DNA from: Eledone cirrhosa
Taxonomy: Eukaryota
NCBI GenBank assembly: GCA_964016885.1
Contig: OZ024744.1
Span: 85,188,001 to 85,252,000 of the forward strand
DNA: 64,000 nucleotides
Direction: 5' to 3'
In this document: positions 37,280-50,561 of the stretch, in pieces
Position numbering within the stretch: the stretch's first letter is position 1
Layout of the letters: every line of letters begins with the position of its first letter
Notes under the pieces: generated by a model
Told to the model about the DNA's origin: nothing
Database searches by the model: none
Seen by the model: the letters and a program-made list of their open reading frames with translations, nothing else
Program-made: the position numbers and the translations under genes

Positions 37280-39368
37280 GATTTCTTTATTAACCACAAG
37301 GGTTTACATAAAGTAGACATTAAGGACAGTGCAGGACAATACGGGACGGTACAAATGGGCATTTCTGCGTGTAAAAAGCAAAAACAGAGGATGTAACAAA
37401 AAATAACAATGAAATATTCCCCAATAGGGGGGAGACTTCGGAGGGACATTTGTGGAGAAAGCCAAGTAAAAGGCCACAGTGACCCTGACCACCAAGGCAA
37501 GTGCCCTCTCCCAGTTTTCCATCTTTAATTTACAGATACGTACTCAGAGTAGGCCCATTCACTCGGGCCATTCTTGCTTATCTCACCCATCTTTCAACAA
37601 AATGCGGGGAAGAGAGCACTTCCCTCTCTACTCTGATTTTCCTTTTCAAATGAAATTTGAAAAAGTCAATCAGGGCATCACCGAAGAGGTAAGTGCTCGT
37701 CTTCAGCCCTTTCAAACGTGTCCACCATACTATCTCTTTCGCCATGGCCACCAGACAGATAAAAACTGCCTGCCCTTCTCGGCTAAAGGAGGAGGGCGGG
37801 GCAATCCTCGCGATGGACTCAAATGATAGCCGGATCCGTCCTACACACGACAGCAGGTGTTCGACATAAACCCAAAAGTCAGCAATTTTCGGACACTGGA
37901 CGAGTGCGTGCAGGACGGTTTCGTCGCCCTGCGCGCATCTCGGACATGCCCGGCTGACGGCACCTCCATGCCTGTAGAGTTTATCCCGAACTGGCAAGGC
38001 TCCTCGGTAGCACTGCCAGGCCAGAGATTTCTGGAAGTTGTCCATAGGTCCCGGCCCGAAAGTTCTTCCGAAGAGATTGGCTAGTTGATTTTCGTCGACG
38101 TCTAGAGTTTCCCCAAGTACGTCGTCGCTCTTCCCCTCCACTAATCCTCTATAGAACGCCGAGGTGGAGTTTCCACCGATCACATTGTCCGATTGGTCGA
38201 GGGCTGTGAGCGCCTGAAGACATTCCAGTCTCCAAGCGCTCCCTCTCGGTCTTCGCTTGACCCAGGACTGCAGCTCCGTCAAGGAGACGAGCTGGGGAAA
38301 AACGCGTCTAGCAAACGGCGACCACACCTGATCACCGTCGAGGAAGAGGTGGAGATGTCGTAGCCTGAGCGCGTGTCTGCGCATCATCAGCCACGGCATG
38401 CCCAGCCCTCCACGTAGCGGATGTTGACAGCAGATGGACCACCTGACCATCGGGGCGCGTCCCTTCCACAAAAAGCGAAAGAGCAAATGCTCCAGCGCAG
38501 TCAGGCAGGGCTTAGGACAAGGTACGACGGTCAGGCGGTAGCAGATGACAGACGCGATGTACGCGTTAGCCACCTCCGCTCGACCTTTCAGGGATAGCTA
38601 CCTCTCCGCCCATTTCTGGGTGAGAGAAGCCACCCTGCTCGTCACCTCGTCCCAGTTTTTGTCCGTCTGGAGGTCCGGACCGAACCAGACCCCTAGCAAT
38701 TTAACCGGTCCGTCCGTCCAGCGTCCGACGGCGCTGTTGGACGGCATGGACCCGCCTCTCCAGGTGCCGAGCTGCAGGCCCACTGACTTTTCCTGGTTGA
38801 TCATTGCTCCTGTCACCGCTTCGTATTCTCTTAGTGTAGTGCCGATCGCCTCGATGTGTTTGGCGTTCGACACCACTACGGTGACATCGTCCGCATATGC
38901 TGACACGGATCTTCCGCATCCTAGTTCGCGCGGGACGCCCCTTAACGTCTCCAGTTTGTGCAGTAATGGCTCGAGAGTCAATACGTACAAGAGGGACGAG
39001 AGGGGACATCCTTGGCGGACCGAGCGCATGATGTTGAACTGTTCCGAAAGGTGACCGTTAACTCTCACCACAGAGCAGATGGCACTGTGCATGGCAACGA
39101 TCCAGCCTCTGAAGACGGGCCCAAAGCCAGCCGCCCTCAGGACTGCCGCTAGGTAACGATGGTCGACCCTATCGAAAGCTTTCGACTGATCTAAATTGAT
39201 CAAGGACCCACCCGTGCCAGGTTCCCTAGCTACCCTCTCTAAGATGTATCGCATGAGGTGGAGGTTGTCGTGGATGGATCTGTCGAGAATGGCGCATGTC
39301 TGCGCCTCTCCCACCAGATCACCCACGACAAGCGCCAACCTCTTTGCTAACACCTTGGCCAAAATCTT
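37280..39368 (-). mobile_element. L1/Tx1-clade LINE copy B, 5'-truncated, within (TAA)n
   Basis: RT motifs KILAKVLAKRL, LDQSKAFDRVDH, SVRQGCPLS, AYADDV; zf-RVT CPRCAQGDETVLHALVQC; aataaa then an (ATT)n tail; TAA tracts on both sides. Confidence 0.9.
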
Positions 39369-39391
39369 AATAATAATAATAATAATAATGA

Positions 39392-39603
39392 TTTGTAGTA
39401 TAGGCACATGGTCAGTAGTTTGGGAGGGAGGGGAAGTCGATTAAATCGAACCCAGTACATTACTGGTACTTTATTTTATCAACCCCGAAACGATGAAAGG
39501 CAAAGTTAACCTCGTCGGGATTTGAACTCAGAACATAAAGAGACGTAACTATGCCGTGAAGCAAGGTGTCCGACGCTCTACCGATTCTTCCAATCCACCG
39601 CCA
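39392..39603 (-). mobile_element. Full-length tRNA-derived SINE
   Basis: Minus strand: ggcggtggattggaagaatcggtag..gagttcaaatccc..tttgcctttcatc. Confidence 0.82.
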
Positions 39604-39629
39604 TTATAATAACAATAATAATAATAATG

Positions 39630-42600
39630 ATTCCATTTATTGGCCACAAAGGCCGACATATAGGGGACAATACAAAAGACTGGGACAGTGGGGTCTTACA
39701 GTAAAAATTGTGTAAACAATATGAATAACAATAACAAAGTAACAAGAAAAATACAAGAAAAATTCCCCAATAGAGGGGATGACCACCCAGAGTTCGCTCA
39801 GGTACCCCACCAATCCTGAACGACATGACGCTTCGAGAGCACCCTGGAAGGGCACTCCTCTCCTCCTCAAATTTACCCGACTACAGGCGCATGACCAGAG
39901 TAGACCCACTATCACGGTCCATTCTCGGCACATTCACCCACCTTTCAGCAAATGTACTGGGGGAGGGGGCGTATCTCTCTCTCCACCCTCACCTTCCCTT
40001 CCAAGTGAAACTTGAAAATGTTGATGAGGGATTGGCCGAAGAGAAAAGTGCCTGTCTTCAGTCCTTTCAACCTCGTCCACCATACAACCTCTTTCGCTAC
40101 TGCCACCAGACAGAGGAAAATTGCCTGCCCTTCCTGGCCAAAAGAAGGCGGCGGCTCGATCTTCACTATGGACTCGGCCGATAGCCGGATCCGTTCAACA
40201 CGCGACAACAGCTGTTCGACATAACTCCACAAGTCAGTAATACACGGACACTGGACGAGTGCGTGCAGAACGGTTTCGTCGCATCTTGGTCAGGTCCGTC
40301 TGACAGCACTTCCGTGCCTGTAGAGTTTATCTCGAACCGGCAGTGCCCCCCTGTAGCACTGCCAAGCGAGGGATTTTTGGAAATTATCCATCGTCCCCGG
40401 CTCGAAAGTCCTCCGGAACAGACTGGTTAGTTCGACTCCGTCGACTTCCAGAGCCTCTCCGAGTGCGTCATCACACTTGCCCACCACTAAACCTCTATAG
40501 ATCTCGAGAGTGGAAGTTCCACTGACCACATTCTCCGCCTGGTAGAGGGCAGTGAGTGCCTGGAAACATTCCAGATGCCAGTCACCCAGTCTTGGTCTCT
40601 TCTTGACCCAGGACTGCAGCTCAGTCAAAGAGATGAGCTGCGGAAAGGCCCGTCTGACAAACGGCGACCCCACCTGTTCACCGTTTTGGCAGAATACCTG
40701 GAGATGCCGCAGCCTCAGCGCGTGTCTGCGCATCATTAGCCACGGCATGCCCTGTCCTCCACGTAGAGGGTGCTGGCAGCAGATGGACCGCCACACCAGC
40801 TGAACCTGACACCTCCACAAGAATTTGAAGAGTAGCCGCTCCAAGATGGCGAGGTTCGAACGGGGGCAAGGAACGGCAGTCAGATGGTAGTAGATGACGG
40901 ACGCGATGTACGGGTTCGCCACATCCGCCCGACCTTTCAGTGTTAGCTTCCTCCCAGCCCATTTCTGGGTGAGACTGGCTACCCTCCCCGTGACCTCGTC
41001 ACAATTCTTATCCACCTGGAGGTCTGGCCCGAACCAAACCCCGAGCAACTTTACCGGTCCGTCCGTCCGTCCGTCCAGCGCCTAACGACGCTATTGGACG
41101 GCATGGACTTGCTTCTCCAGGTGCCGAGTTGCAAGCCCACCGACTTTTCCGGGTTAAGTTTTGTTCCTGTCAACCTTTCATATTCCTCCAATAAGTTGCC
41201 GACCACCTCGATTTCTGAGGTGTCCGACACCATCTCGGTGATGTCGTCCGCATTAGCCGACACATCCCGGTTCGAGCGGGATACCCTGCAACACTCCAGC
41301 TTCCGCAGTAAAGGCTCGTGAGTCAATACGTACAGAAGGGAGGAGAGAGGGAATTGTTGGCGGACCGATTGGGAGACCTGAAACGGTTCCGAGAGGAGGC
41401 CATTAATTTTGACCACCGAGCAGGTGCCGCTGTGCATTGCAGCGATCCAGCTTCTGAAGACGAGGCCGAAGCCAGCCGCCTTGAGGACAGCCTCCTGGTA
41501 CCGATGGTCGACCCTATCGAATGCTTTCGATTGATCTAAATTGATCAGAGCCCCACCGAAGCCAGGTTTACACCCTACCCTCTCTATGATGTATCGCATT
41601 AGGTGGAGGTTGTCGTTTATGGACCTGGTTGGGATTGCGCAAGTTTGCGCCTCCGCAACCAAATCCCCGACGACAAGCGCCAACCTCTTCGCTAACACGC
41701 TGGCCAAAATCTTAAACTCTGTTTTGAGCAGAGTTATGGGCCTGAAGTTGTCTAATGTATCCCTCTTGTTCTGGTCTTTCCTTATCAGCGTCACTACGTC
41801 CCGGCTCACAGAACTGGGAATACTCCGGTTCTGCTGCCAGTTGCAGTAGAGCGCCTCGAGGAGATTGGAGAACAAGTCTGGCATATTTACATAAAGCTCG
41901 TAGGGCAGACCATCTAAACCGGGTGACTTGCGCCTCATGCAGCCGACAAGGGCATCCTGAATCTCGGCTGAAGTAATCGGCCATTCGCAGCGCCCAGCGC
42001 CGGCCGTCGAGAGTTGCGGCAAGCCATCGAGGTAGTGACTGAAGTCCGCCACCATCTCTGACCCACCACTTCCCCCGAACAACCGAGCAAATGTTGGCGA
42101 AAGGCCTCACATATCCGCTTGGAATCGCTCAGCTCGTGTCCGTCTCGGTCCGTCAGAGACCGAATCGTGGTTATTACAACGCTGCACCTCTGCCACGCGG
42201 GCCCATCGAACAGCTTTGGTTCCCTCGTTTCTCAGAGCACTCGCCTTAGCTCTGACAATGCAACCTTCGTGTTTCGCATTGAAGAAATGGTCTAATGCCA
42301 TTCTCGCCGCTAGCACGTTTGTTGCAATGCCATTACCAATAGCTTCGTCTAACTCATCTACCAACTCCCTCTCCTTACTATTTTTCTCTTACGCTACTTC
42401 ATTGCTAAACTCTATCGACATTATTCTAATCTCTCTTTTGAGAGCCCCCCCCCCCCCCCCGCCAACATCTATTGTTGACGACTCACCTGTCAACTTTTTC
42501 TTAACTAAATTATTGACCTGGTCCCTGTAAGCCTTACATGCCGGAAATGACATGTTTAGCTTCCAGTAACCAGGTCCTAACCTACGCGTCTTATCTAGGT

Positions 42601-43610
42601 CGACCATACAGATCACAAACTTGTGATCTGAATAGGCGACCGTTTTAAAACGTGGACAGCTTACACTATTTCTGTCTATTTTCCTAATGAATATCCTGTC
42701 TATATACGATCCAGATGATCCTATGCGGTTAGTCCAGATCCACACTGGCGCATTAGGGAAATCTAGTCGGTACCTGTCAGACAGTTGGAACTGGCTGATC
42801 AGGTTCTTGAGGCCTTTGCACCCCCCGCTCCTATCGGATACTCCCACACAGTCCCCGCGTGCGTCTAAGATGCCGTTCCAGTCCCCCACTAACAGTAAAG
42901 AGTGAAACGTACCCAGAAAGGCTTCCGGGTGTCTAAAGAAGTACGGCCGACCTGCCCCAGCAGGGGCGTAGACGGCCACCAGTCTAAAAACACCACCTCC
43001 TTCGATATTGTTCACGTCCAGGACGACGAACTTACCGTCCATGTCCCGGAAGATCGACCTTACCTCGAGATCCAGGCCTTTCCTAAATAGAACGGCACCC
43101 CGCCTCCCATTCCCGGCCGACTAACAGATGCAAAGATCTGATAGTCTTACTTTCCGGGCTCTTGTGAAGGTCGGGTGTTTCGACCTTCATAGTTGGTGGG
43201 GTTTCTTTAAAAGTCTTGAAGTGGGTTTTACGTTCGGGGTTCCCGCGTCCCTAGGAAAGCTGTCTCGTATCTCTTTGTATAAATCGAGCGACATTCGCAC
43301 CAGAAACAAATCTTCAGGCACGCGAAATGTGCTCGATTTAAAAATTTCCCTCTCTTTTTGTATATTTTCACTTCGTGCTACGAGGGTTATCAGTTCCTTG
43401 TTTTTTTTTTTCTTTTTTCGATAATCTTTTTAAAATGTAAAAGTGTTCAAATATTTGGGCCAAAAGGCCCAAATATTATTCTTTCCCCTTCACAGGGCAA
43501 AGTCCAAGGGTTTGTATGCCTTACACGACAACAAAAAACTCAATAAATAAGCTTTGACAGGTAAATAAATAAACCTACGAGAGCGAGCAAAAAGACGTCC
43601 GTTCAGACTC
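39630..43610 (-). mobile_element. L1/Tx1-clade LINE copy C (APE + RT + zf; most of ORF1 deleted)
   Basis: GDWNGILD, YIDRIF, YSDHK, GPGYWKLN, KSPGLDGLPYE, NFRPITLL, LDQSKAFDRVDH, ANADDI. 5'UTR begins gagtctgaacggacgtc. Confidence 0.9.
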
Positions 43611-43629
43611 AATAATAATAATAATAACT

Positions 43630-43925
43630 ATTTCTACTTTTGGCACAAGGCCAGCAATTACCCAGTACATTACTGGTACTTTATTTTATGGACCCCGTAA
43701 AGATGAAAGGCAGAACGTAAAGCACCATAAATAATAATTATTTCTACTTTAGGCACAAGGCCAGCAATTATCCAGTGCATTACTGGTACTTTATTTTATC
43801 GACCCCGTAAGGATGAAAGGCAAAGTCAACCTCGGCGGGATTTGAACTCATAATAGCAAGGGCCGTAACTCTATGCGGCAAAGCATGGCGTCCGACCCAC
43901 TACCGATACTGCCAATTCACCACCC

Positions 43926-43959
<34 letters not shown>

Positions 43960-44255
43960 TGTTTCTACTTTTTGGCAGAAGGCCAGCAATTATCCAGTGT
44001 ATTACTGGTACTTTATTCTATCGACCTCGTAAGGATGAAAGGCAAAGTCAACCTCGGCGGGATTTGAACTCAGATCGATAAGGGACGTAACTATGCTGGA
44101 AAGCATGGCGTCCGACCCTCTACCGATACTGCCAATTCACTGCCCTAATAATAATAATAATGATGTTTCTGGTTTAGGCTCAAGGCCAACAGTTGTGGGG
44201 GAGGAGAAAGTCGATTAAACTGACTTCAGTTCATTACTGGTACTGACCCCGTAAA
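43630..44255 (-). mobile_element. Tandem run of four SINE copies (two full-length) separated by (TAA)n
   Basis: Copies at ~43630-43710, 43740-43925, 43960-44147 and 44165-44255. Confidence 0.85.
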
Positions 44256-44417
44256 GATCTTTTCTTTATCGTTAATAATGTGTTTGAGTCTACTAAAATA
44301 TAGGTATAAGTGGTTCTGATTACATTATAATAACTGAAGGAGTTAATGTTGTTATTACCAAATTTGCTTGCATTTGAAAATATGTTTGTTTTTTTAAATA
44401 TCAACAAATAAATTATA

Positions 44418-44530
44418 TGTGGCTGAGTGGTTAGAGAATTGGATTCGCAATCGTAAGGTTGTGAGTTCGATTCCTGGACCAGGCGATGCGTTATGTCCTT
44501 GAGCAAGACACTTTATTTCACGTTGCTCCC
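44418..44530 (+). mobile_element. Second tRNA-derived SINE family, 5' part
   Basis: A box tggctgagtggttag, B box gagttcgattcc, then tgtccttgagcaagacactt. Confidence 0.7.
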
Positions 44531-44669
44531 TCTACCTGGAGTTGCGACCGATAGATAGTATTAGCAATTGGAAAGACCAACGGAAACATTGTTCCCTCGG
44601 TCCGATTTGACGAAAGTCGATCGTTACTTATTATATATATATATATAGTTATATAGTTATAATAATAAG

Positions 44670-44842
44670 TGTGAAGACTAAAATCCAAAGAGGGCTCGAT
44701 AAGGATAAATATATATCAAATATATAAGAACCGTAGAGCAAATATAGGGAACGTTTCCACGAACCAAAGTATCGTCTTCCTGTCTTCCTCCGGTTGCAAC
44801 GTTTTTTGAAATATTCACTTCTGCGTTTACAGATTGACTTTG
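44670..44842. repeat. Third, internally inverted copy of the 12960 family
   Basis: First ~75 nt direct, remainder reverse-complemented. Confidence 0.7.
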
Positions 44843-44924
44843 TTAGTCTTTGTTCTTTTCTCTCTCTCCGTCTTTTTTCTTTTTCTTTCTCTCCGTCTTT
44901 TTCTAATTGTGCTTAACACTATGA

Positions 44925-45222
44925 CTTATTATATAAACAAATCACTATCCAGACAGACTCCAAAAGTAATGGTTGTATTTTAAAAGGGTACGTCAAAGCT
45001 ATTTGTAAAACTGTTATATATTGTATTTTGTCTGATGAAGGCATACCATAATTTAATGTAGTATCCCTGAAATATGTATAATGAAATAAATATGGTTTTA
45101 TAAATATAGTTGTCATTTATTAATATCGTATATCTACTCCAAAAATTTGTCGAGTGCTTTATATCAGTTATAAAAATATTTATTTGTTGTATCACAACAA
45201 CTTTAAATAGAACTTTTGCATA
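44925..45222 (+). mobile_element. Solo PLE pLTR with HHR at 45024-45088
   Basis: tattttgt-CTGATGA-aggcatac..gtatccct-GAAA-tatgta-TA-atgaaata, followed by the same downstream block as 58945-59075. Confidence 0.75.
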
Positions 45223-45825
45223 TATATATATATGAAAGGAATAATATCTATAATCTATAGAAATATTTAAAAAAAATAATATTCGTTTGTGGGGTGGACT
45301 CCGGAAGTTACCCTACAACTATAGGGAAGCTGTTTTAACTTCCGGTGAAACCTTCCCACAGATAAACTATATGCAGGTCAGAAAATAGATATTAAAATGC
45401 CTGCTGGGTAGAGGTGTACAGATGCTAGGATGATATCTAAAAATGCAGGTCTAACTGGGATCGTTTGATGACAGCATCATCAGTTATTGACCAGGAGAGT
45501 CCCATATTATACGTAACATATACAATAACAAAAAAATAAAAAATAATAATAATTATATAAGCCTATAATATAAAAAAAATATATGCAGTACAAATAAAAA
45601 AAGCAAAAACAAACAAAATACAACAACAACAACAACTATAAAAACAAAATGTTGTCCTTGACATCGAGTATGCTTTGAAAGAAATACTACTTCCGCTAAA
45701 AGCTACCCCCATCAAATAACCCACTTAGAAATGGCAAATATGTTTCCTGTCCACCGACGAAAATTCTGTCCGAAATTTCATTCCATAGATGCAGGATTCA
45801 CTCAAGGCTTATTGCTTTCACCTAC

Positions 45826-45857
<32 letters not shown>

Positions 45858-45862
<5 letters not shown>

Positions 45863-46110
45863 AAAAAGTATGACCCCGACGGCAGAGCTCAAGCCGTTTC
45901 AATGGCTATTTCTGGACTAAAGCCATCCAGAGCTCAAGCCGTTTCAACGGCTATTTCTGGACTAAAACCATCCAGAAATAGCCGTCGAAACGGCTTGAGC
46001 TCTGCCGTCGGGGGTCATACTTTTTCCTATTTCCCACTCTACTACCCTAAGTATTGAGTACTCTTGTGCGTTATAGTCCATCTGGTTCCTTACCACAATT
46101 CCTTTGTTAT
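45858..46110. repeat. Fold-back dispersed repeat (ccccgacggcagagctcaagccgtttc family)
   Basis: Hairpin 45858-46030 with an internal tandem duplication. Other copies at 51152-51292, 53437-53624, 54660-54872 and 59372-59404. Confidence 0.8.
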
Positions 46111-46279
46111 ATATATATACATAAAAGAAAAATGTTTATGCTAAAATCAACCGAACAAAAGAATATATATTTACCATTGTGCTAACATATACGTGTTAAA
46201 TTTACTCTGTGTAAAATTTACTTTATAACATCTTCCGGTATTATTTAGAAACAACCTGTATCTTCTCAAAGACTTTCTG

Positions 46280-46394
46280 TTATATGGAATATAAAGAAAC
46301 ACACACACACATTCACTCTCACTCTCTCTCTCTCTCTCTCTCTCTTTCTCACACACACACATGCACACAAAAGCACGCACACACACACACACAT

Positions 46395-46443
<49 letters not shown>

Positions 46444-46616
46444 CTCAAACACACACACTCTCTATCTCTATCTCTCACACACACACACTCTCTCTCAAAC
46501 ACACACACTCTCTATCTCTCTCTCTCACACACACACACTCTCTCTCTCACTCACACACACACTCACTCTCTCTCTCACACACACTCTCTCTATCTCTATC
46601 TCTCTCTCTATCTCTA

Positions 46617-46648
<32 letters not shown>

Positions 46649-46655
46649 TCTCTAT

Positions 46656-46687
<32 letters not shown>

Positions 46688-46727
46688 CTCTCTCACTCAC
46701 TCTCTCTCTCACACACACACACACACT
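46280..46727. repeat. (CT)n/(CA)n compound microsatellite
   Basis: Direct inspection. Confidence 0.9.
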
Positions 46728-46926
46728 GAACAAACACATATCACTTAACTACGACTGAAAAACATGTTAGTCTTTCATGTTGTGCAACCGGTTAATAAAA
46801 GAATATCAAAACTGAAATTAATATCGGTTTGAAGATTGTTGATAGAACAAGTTTGACTATCTATTAATAAATTGTCTCCCTTCAATATTTTTCAACAATA
46901 CCTATCTATATTTATGCTATAAATAT

Positions 46927-47143
46927 GATTTCTAGTATAGGCACAAGGCCAGTAATTTGGGGCGAGGGAAAAGTCGATTAACTCGACCCTAGTACGTTAC
47001 AGGTGCTTTATTTTATCGACACCGAAAGGATGAAAGGCAAAGTTAACCGCGGCGGGATTTGAACTCAGACCGTAAAGGACCTTAACTCTATGCTGCAAAA
47101 CATGGTGTCCGACTCTCTACCGATACTGCCAATCCATCGCCCT
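46927..47143 (-). mobile_element. Full-length SINE with apparent target-site duplication
   Basis: Family core present; tatgctataaatatgat occurs on both sides (~46913 and ~47149). Confidence 0.85.
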
Positions 47144-47202
47144 ATGTGTATGCTATAAATATGATCGTTCTCTTATGAATACTCAATTCTAACCTTTGTT
47201 TG

Positions 47203-47580
47203 ACCGTATTTGCTGGCCTATTAGACGCCCGTTCGTATAAGACGCCCGCTGGTTTTACAAGATTTTGAGAAAAAATAGAACTTTAGCACATTTCTTCCTA
47301 AATTTATTATGAATTATTTCATTATTTTTTTCAAAAATTCTTATGTAAGTTCGACATCATTTTGCTTATATAATTTGTTTTTTTGTAAATTGAAATAAAA
47401 TTGATTTTATTCTGTGTAAAAATATATCTTGTAAATACAATTTAATAAGAAAAGAAAAAAAATAAGATTGAGAAGAAAGAATGAAATGTAAAATAAGGAA
47501 ATTTAAAAATCGTAAAAGAAGGAATGGCAAGGCTTCTAGTATCAGAAGAATGTGGAGGTACTATGAACCACAAACATGTT
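47203..47580 (+). mobile_element. Possible pogo/Tc1-mariner terminal remnant
   Basis: ccgtattt..tattagacgc..cgtataagacgc repeated subterminal motif; no partner TIR seen. Confidence 0.35.
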
Positions 47581-48024
47581 TATTTAACTCTACTGGGATG
47601 AAGAATGGTATTTAACTAATGTAATGGTACGCGATGGGGCCCATCCACAGCCCCGGCAGACAGAATGGAGAAGACGTTTCCCCGGAGGACGGCAAGGGAG
47701 ACGCGCTGGAAAAGCCACTCCAACTCGCGGGGCTCACACCTACGGCTGGCCAGCTCAGCGCCTATTAGTAATACAATTTTTTTTTTTTAACCATCATTGT
47801 CCACTCCTTTCGTTCGGCCTCCCATCGGTGATACGGGTATACTGAAACAGAGATTTTGGTGGTAGGGGTGGGGTGGGTTGTTGTTGTTATTGTAGTTGTT
47901 TTCAATAGGCTAGCAAACACGGAATGTTATTAATACTCATTTGAAAATCAGAAGTCCTAAATTCTCTCATTTTTTACCAAATACCTGTAAATTCAGTGCC
48001 GATATGGTTGTGTAATTTAGAGGT

Positions 48025-48408
48025 TTGTTTTGTAATCACATAGTTTCAGGTTCAATCCCAGAGCTGGCTTCAGAATCCCACGTTGCAAGAGACAATCAGT
48101 TTGGCATATTCTCATTACTCGTCAAAAGCAAGGCTCTTGCAAAGAAGTACTCTGTAGGCCCCTGTAAAATGGACCAATGTGTAATCTTCCCCCCGTACAT
48201 CGGGAAAAGGATGGCGAAAGTCCAAATAGCTGCGATTCCACCAGAATTAGACATTTGGTGGATCCTAGCATGTACCGTCCGGGAGGGTAGTGAAACTCTC
48301 CTCGAAGTAAAGTACCAACAACTACCAACAACAACAACAACAACAGCAAGACTCATCAAAACAACCAGGTAGATCTCCAAACAAAGCTAGCTCCTTCTCT
48401 CTCTCTCG

Positions 48409-48442
<34 letters not shown>

Positions 48443-50248
48443 CTCTCTCTCACTCTTTGTATCTATCTCTCCCCCCCCCCTATCTAAACACACACACAGA
48501 AACTTACTTCCATCCCAAAACTTTTTCAAACACAAATGCTTCCTCATCTCCCAGTGAAGAAGAGGAACCACCAAAACCCCTAAAGCAAAACAAAGTCAGA
48601 AAAAAGAAAATCAAGCAACCCACTCTGTCATACACCAACACCTACCCCAGAAAACACAAATCACATACATATACACATATCAAACACCGACACAGCTGCA
48701 GCCACACCAAACCAGCCATCACCAGACCAGCTAACAGCAGAACCACCATCGGCAACACCATCAACTCAACACAACCACGAATAGCCACAACAAAAAGAAA
48801 GGATACAGACACACAACACCAAACACGCGCGTAAAAAACTAAAGTTCATGTTACTGGGGAAAGTAAACACAAGAAATAATGTCCTTCATAACACGAAGTG
48901 AAGTTATAGAGAGAAGAATAAATCTTGAAACGAGCACTGAAAGTGCCATAAACATTGATACGCATGTCAGTCAAATTATATAAAAACATGAACGAGAGCT
49001 TCCCCTACGATGTGAGAACCCCTAACGAACCCAAAGGAATGCCAATAAGACATAGAGGTCGAGCGAAATATCTACAAGAGTGTCAGGCAGTTAAGTAACC
49101 CCTACACATTTTCTTTTTCTTTCAATTCTATCCAGCCAACCTGGCAGTGTAGGGTGTAAAATTGTACGGGACCTGTAGTCATCATGGAAGCAAGGTCATT
49201 TGCTGAACGACTTCTGGTCAATAGCTATGGATGTGACAACTGCCACCAAGAACAGGATTTACAACACGTGTGTTCTAGCCTTCATTTTTTTTTACGCCCT
49301 TGTGATCTACGCATGTCTTAGTCGACCTGGGACGGAAGGCGAGAAGGCAGAGATGTTTAGGAAAGGCGCGGATCAAAGGTATGGATGATCTTCCTGGACC
49401 CGGATGGTAAATATGTCGTGCTGGATGTGAACGGTTGCGAAAGTGGTGCCTTTAGACTGGTGGCCATCTATGCTCCGACTGGAGAAGGACAGTCGGAATT
49501 CTTCAGGCGTCTGGAAGCCTTCCTTGAAATGTCTCACCCTTTACTGTTAGCAAAGGACTGGAATGGTATCTTGGATGCACAAAAGGCCTGTGTGGGAGTC
49601 GCTGATTGAACTGAGAGATGCAAAACTCTCAAGAACTTGATCAGACAGTTCCAAATGTCTGACAGGTACCGACTAGATTTCCCGCATGCGCCAGTGTAGA
49701 TATGGAGCGATCACATAGGTTCATCTAGATCGTATTTTTTTTTTCTTAATAGATTAGCAGATAGCGTATGATGTCCACAGTTAAAAACGGTCACCTATTC
49801 AGAGCAGAAATGTGTGATTTGTATGGTCGACCAAGGTAGAAAACGTAGACAGAGACTCGTTTACTGGCAGCTTGGGAACGACGCGTAAAGCCTAAAGAAC
49901 TCGGATTTGCACTTTAGTTAAGCAACAGTTGACAGGTGGCGGTGCGCTCTCTTGTGAGCGATTAGAGTAGGATTAATAATTTTTAGTAAAGAAGTACCAA
50001 TAGAAAAAAAAATTGAGTAGAGGGGGAGTTAGTAGCTAAAGTAGAAGAGGCGATTAGGAGCGGTATAACAATTGACAGTACTAGACCATCTTTTCAATGT
50101 AAAACACGAAGGTTGCATTGTCAGAGCTAAGGCGCATGCTCTAAGACACAAAGGAACGGGAGCTGTTCGATGTGTCCGAGTAACAGAAGTGAAGCGTGGC
50201 AACAAAACCACAATTCGCTCTTTGTCGAGCCGAGACGGGCGCGTGCCC
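48025..50248 (+). mobile_element. Degenerate L1/Tx1 copy D (ORF1 + APE), 3'-truncated
   Basis: FPPYIGKR..IPPELD matches ORF1 of copy A; DPDGKYVVLDV..FRLVAIYAP..DWNGILD; HEGCIVRAKA..KTTIRSL. Confidence 0.82.
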
Positions 50249-50249
50249 G

Positions 50250-50256
50250 CAGCAGC

Positions 50257-50313
<57 letters not shown>

Positions 50314-50344
50314 GGTGGTAGAAGTAGTAGTAGTAATAGTAGTA

Positions 50345-50403
<59 letters not shown>

Positions 50404-50449
50404 GGTGGTGGTGGTAGTAGTAGTAGTAATAGTAGTAGTAGTGGTGGTA

Positions 50450-50503
<54 letters not shown>
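50250..50503. repeat. (TAG/TGG)n microsatellite
   Basis: Direct inspection. Confidence 0.9.
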
Positions 50504-50561
50504 TTCGACCAATTAGAAGTTCTCTTGTAGGCACGAACCGAGAATTCTGGTAGTATTAATG

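Noticed and set aside
44418-44485. tRNA gene
   Set aside because: A and B boxes are present but there is no acceptor stem, and it continues into a SINE body. The fragment at ~48004-48062 likewise has no cloverleaf.
45288-45360. Hairpin ccggaagtta/taacttccgg followed by gaaa as a hammerhead
   Set aside because: No CUGANGA core found.
47624-47845. GC-rich 73-aa ORF
   Set aside because: No recognisable motif and no support for coding; probably a TE remnant.
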